A stretch of 64,000 bases of DNA, taken from NCBI GenBank assembly GCA_010015805.1, contig ML978129.1:1550001-1614000 (forward strand). Reading direction: 5' to 3'. Of the stretch, positions 61,934-64,000 are shown one piece after another. Positions within the stretch are counted from its first letter, which is position 1; each line of letters starts with the position of its first letter. The notes beneath the pieces were generated by a model. That model made no database searches and had not been told where the DNA came from. It saw nothing but the letters and a program-made list of their open reading frames with translations. Both the position numbers and the translations under genes were made by a program. The stretch is from Rhizodiscina lignyota. Taxonomy: Eukaryota.

Positions 61934-63647
61934 TCAAGCCAAGCCCATAGCCTTATCCAACAATATCCCAAAGTTGTTCGGCGCATCCGCATCATCTACG
62001 AGGAATATCCTCTTTGGTATCTGCCATTCCACAACCGGGGCCTTTTTTAATTCCTTCCCAAGCTCTGCCTCGATCAACTGTACTTGATTAGAGTCTCTGA
62101 AACTGCACAATGAGGAGTTGGCTTACACTGTTGTACGAATGGTCTAAGAAATCCTCCAGATTGTAGGACTGCTTCGTAAATTGCTCTGATATGATCTTTG
62201 CTAATGTTGCAACATTTGGGTGATAGTGAGATTGCAAGGTTACAATCTCCCAAAGACTGCTTTCAATAGCGTTGGTCATCATAGGGTCTGGTTCGTTCAT
62301 GTCGAATGGATCGTCCATCCCTTCCGCTTCGAGGCTCTCTTTGTCATCAGGATCGTGCGTCTCTCTATGTACCATATATGTGCATTGGGGGTGTTTCTTG
62401 AACATGTTGTAAATCCATGGGACCACCATAACGATGCCAGCAGGCGGCGCTTGAAGTGACAGACGTGAGAGCCTTTTGATGAAGCTTGCAACCAACTGCG
62501 CGGGCAAGTGAGAGGATTCCATAAAGGTATCGAGAAGTCGGAAGAATCGCGACCTATGTTTCGAATGCAGTATTCCGCCGTCCAACAGCGAGTAAAGTTT
62601 GGCGTAAAAAGCGGGATAGTCGAGATTTCGCTCTTGAATCATGGTGAAGAGACCTGACAGCGCGAGCAGTGAAGTTGCACCACCTTCGTCGAATGAGCTT
62701 GTGAGAAAGTCCATGAGCAAGTCGACTTTTATGAACCACGGAACCACTCTCTGTGTCATGGACAAGAGGATTTCCTTTCGTTGTTCCTTTGTCAGATCCG
62801 CCTGAAGAACAGCAAGCCATGCTTTTTGCGCCTCATTTTTATGGGCGATCAATGAGTAAACACCGTGCTTCGGGTTCTCTGGTGCCTGTCCGTGGAATTT
62901 GGATAATACAGCACCACTTTCAGTAGGTGGCTCGAGTGCTAGAAGGAGAGCCAATGGATTTGATAGCGCGTGCTCCGTGGCGTCTTCTGCAATGGCAAGA
63001 TTGTTAATGACGGTTGTTATGGCACCAAATGTCCAGTAGCGGATGTCGTCGTACTCTACAAGGTATGACCGAGTAAAGCAATCCAGTGCAGGATTAGGGG
63101 ATGTTGAACTCTCAAGCATCTGTCGCATTGCATTGGCGAAAGTTCCCAATTTCCACACTTGATCTCCCTGATTGCTAAGATGAGCCGATTCTTCCTTTGT
63201 AAGTCGCATAAGAAGCTCGACAGCAATTTCGTGTCTCTGGGGCTCCCGGTGTGAAAGGAGATTCAGAAGTGTCTCGGTGTATTCCGCGTATTGGCTTCTG
63301 AGCCATTTGATAATAACGAGCTCAGACTCCGCAGTCGTTCGACTCTTTGTCATACTTCCACCCGCCATCAACAGGCTAAACACGCGACATAGCGCCACAG
63401 AAGCTGAGATTGAGGTATCGGAATCGCCGTCGACTTTGGCAATCGAAACTAGCTCGGCAATGTTGTTATAGTTCCGACGTGATTCAAGTATTCCAGCTTC
63501 GAGCCGCTTGATTTCATTTTCGACATCTTTTCTCTTGGTGGACCTCTTAGATGACGACGCCTCGATGTCGTCCTCCGCTGTGACGCGTTTCGGATCGGTT
63601 CGTTTTCTCTTCTTCCCTCCGGTTCCTTGGACCTCGAGGAAGGGCAT
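61934..63647 (-). CDS. NOC4: Nucleolar complex protein Noc4 (CBF/Mak21 domain)
   Basis: LMDFLT, NLDYPAFYAKLYSL, HLPAQLVASFIKRLSRL, SSLWEIVTLQSHYHPNVA and EDFLDHSY. Last exon LIEAEL...PVVEWQIP follows an intron at about 62078-62126. Confidence 0.92.
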
Positions 63648-63921
63648 AGTGGCCCAAGTTTTTCTAGTGGCGCTTAAAGTTTGTGACACCGTATGGCATA
63701 CACAAAGTGGCAATCTCCGATCTGTAAAGGAAGGTAATAGACGATTTTCGACGGGTTATGCATTGTATGGCATGCGATATCAGAAAGTTTCGACAGATGT
63801 TCAAATTTTCTGAATCGGGGCTAGCGCATTTTCCCGCCAAGCCCGCAGGTCTTCGATCCCGACAGCAGCACAAACTCGGAGCAACAGCACAGCTCTGATC
63901 TCCCCTCCACTATCATCAGCC

Positions 63922-64000
63922 ATGGCTTCACGTCTCGCAAGGAGTGCAGTCGGTATGTAACCCTCTGCTGCTGTCGCAATCGCCGCCATTGAGCATCTCA
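63922..64000 (+). CDS. First exon and intron start of a mitochondrial protein, probably ATP synthase subunit 4 (b); runs off the window
   Basis: ATG GCT TCA CGT CTC GCA AGG AGT GCA GTC G|GTATGT gives MASRLARSAVG, resembling the start of filamentous-fungal Atp4 presequences. Only 10 codons are visible. Confidence 0.45.

Noticed and set aside
25002..64000. Cluster of mitochondrial genes (ACO1, NDUFA9, LETM1-like, IF2mt, probable ATP4)
   Set aside because: They are interspersed with unrelated genes, and the density is compatible with chance in a housekeeping-rich region.

Overview
Gene-dense eukaryotic DNA from a filamentous ascomycete (Pezizomycotina), judged by short GT-AG introns with CTRAY branch sites and the fungal gene set. 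About 27 intact protein genes can be built. They include conserved housekeeping genes (SPT7, CCT7, CHO1, BUD20, ACO1, rhomboid, GAA1, RPN9, complex I 40-kDa subunit, mitochondrial IF2, NOC4, probable ATP4 start) and accessory or secreted enzymes (GH92, CE16 esterase, metallo-beta-lactamase-fold hydrolase, O-methyltransferase, APH-like kinase). Non-genic features are a small RIP-mutated MITE-like family (3 copies), a PAN/apple-domain pseudogene cut by one MITE copy, a 16-bp minisatellite and decayed repeats. The most notable signals are: (1) an apparently obligatory AT-AC intron with U2-type signals in the essential CCT7 gene; (2) a long, multi-hairpin ACO1 intron with mutually exclusive pairings and a second 5' splice site that would introduce a stop, in a gene that also has a CBC:HapX-type promoter motif, which is a candidate RNA-structure-controlled splicing switch; (3) a CCHC zinc knuckle in mitochondrial IF2; (4) 367-nt and 1061-nt introns in a Sel1-repeat gene; (5) two genes bracketed by inverted MITE copies. 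All gene models were assembled by eye without database searches or RNA data.
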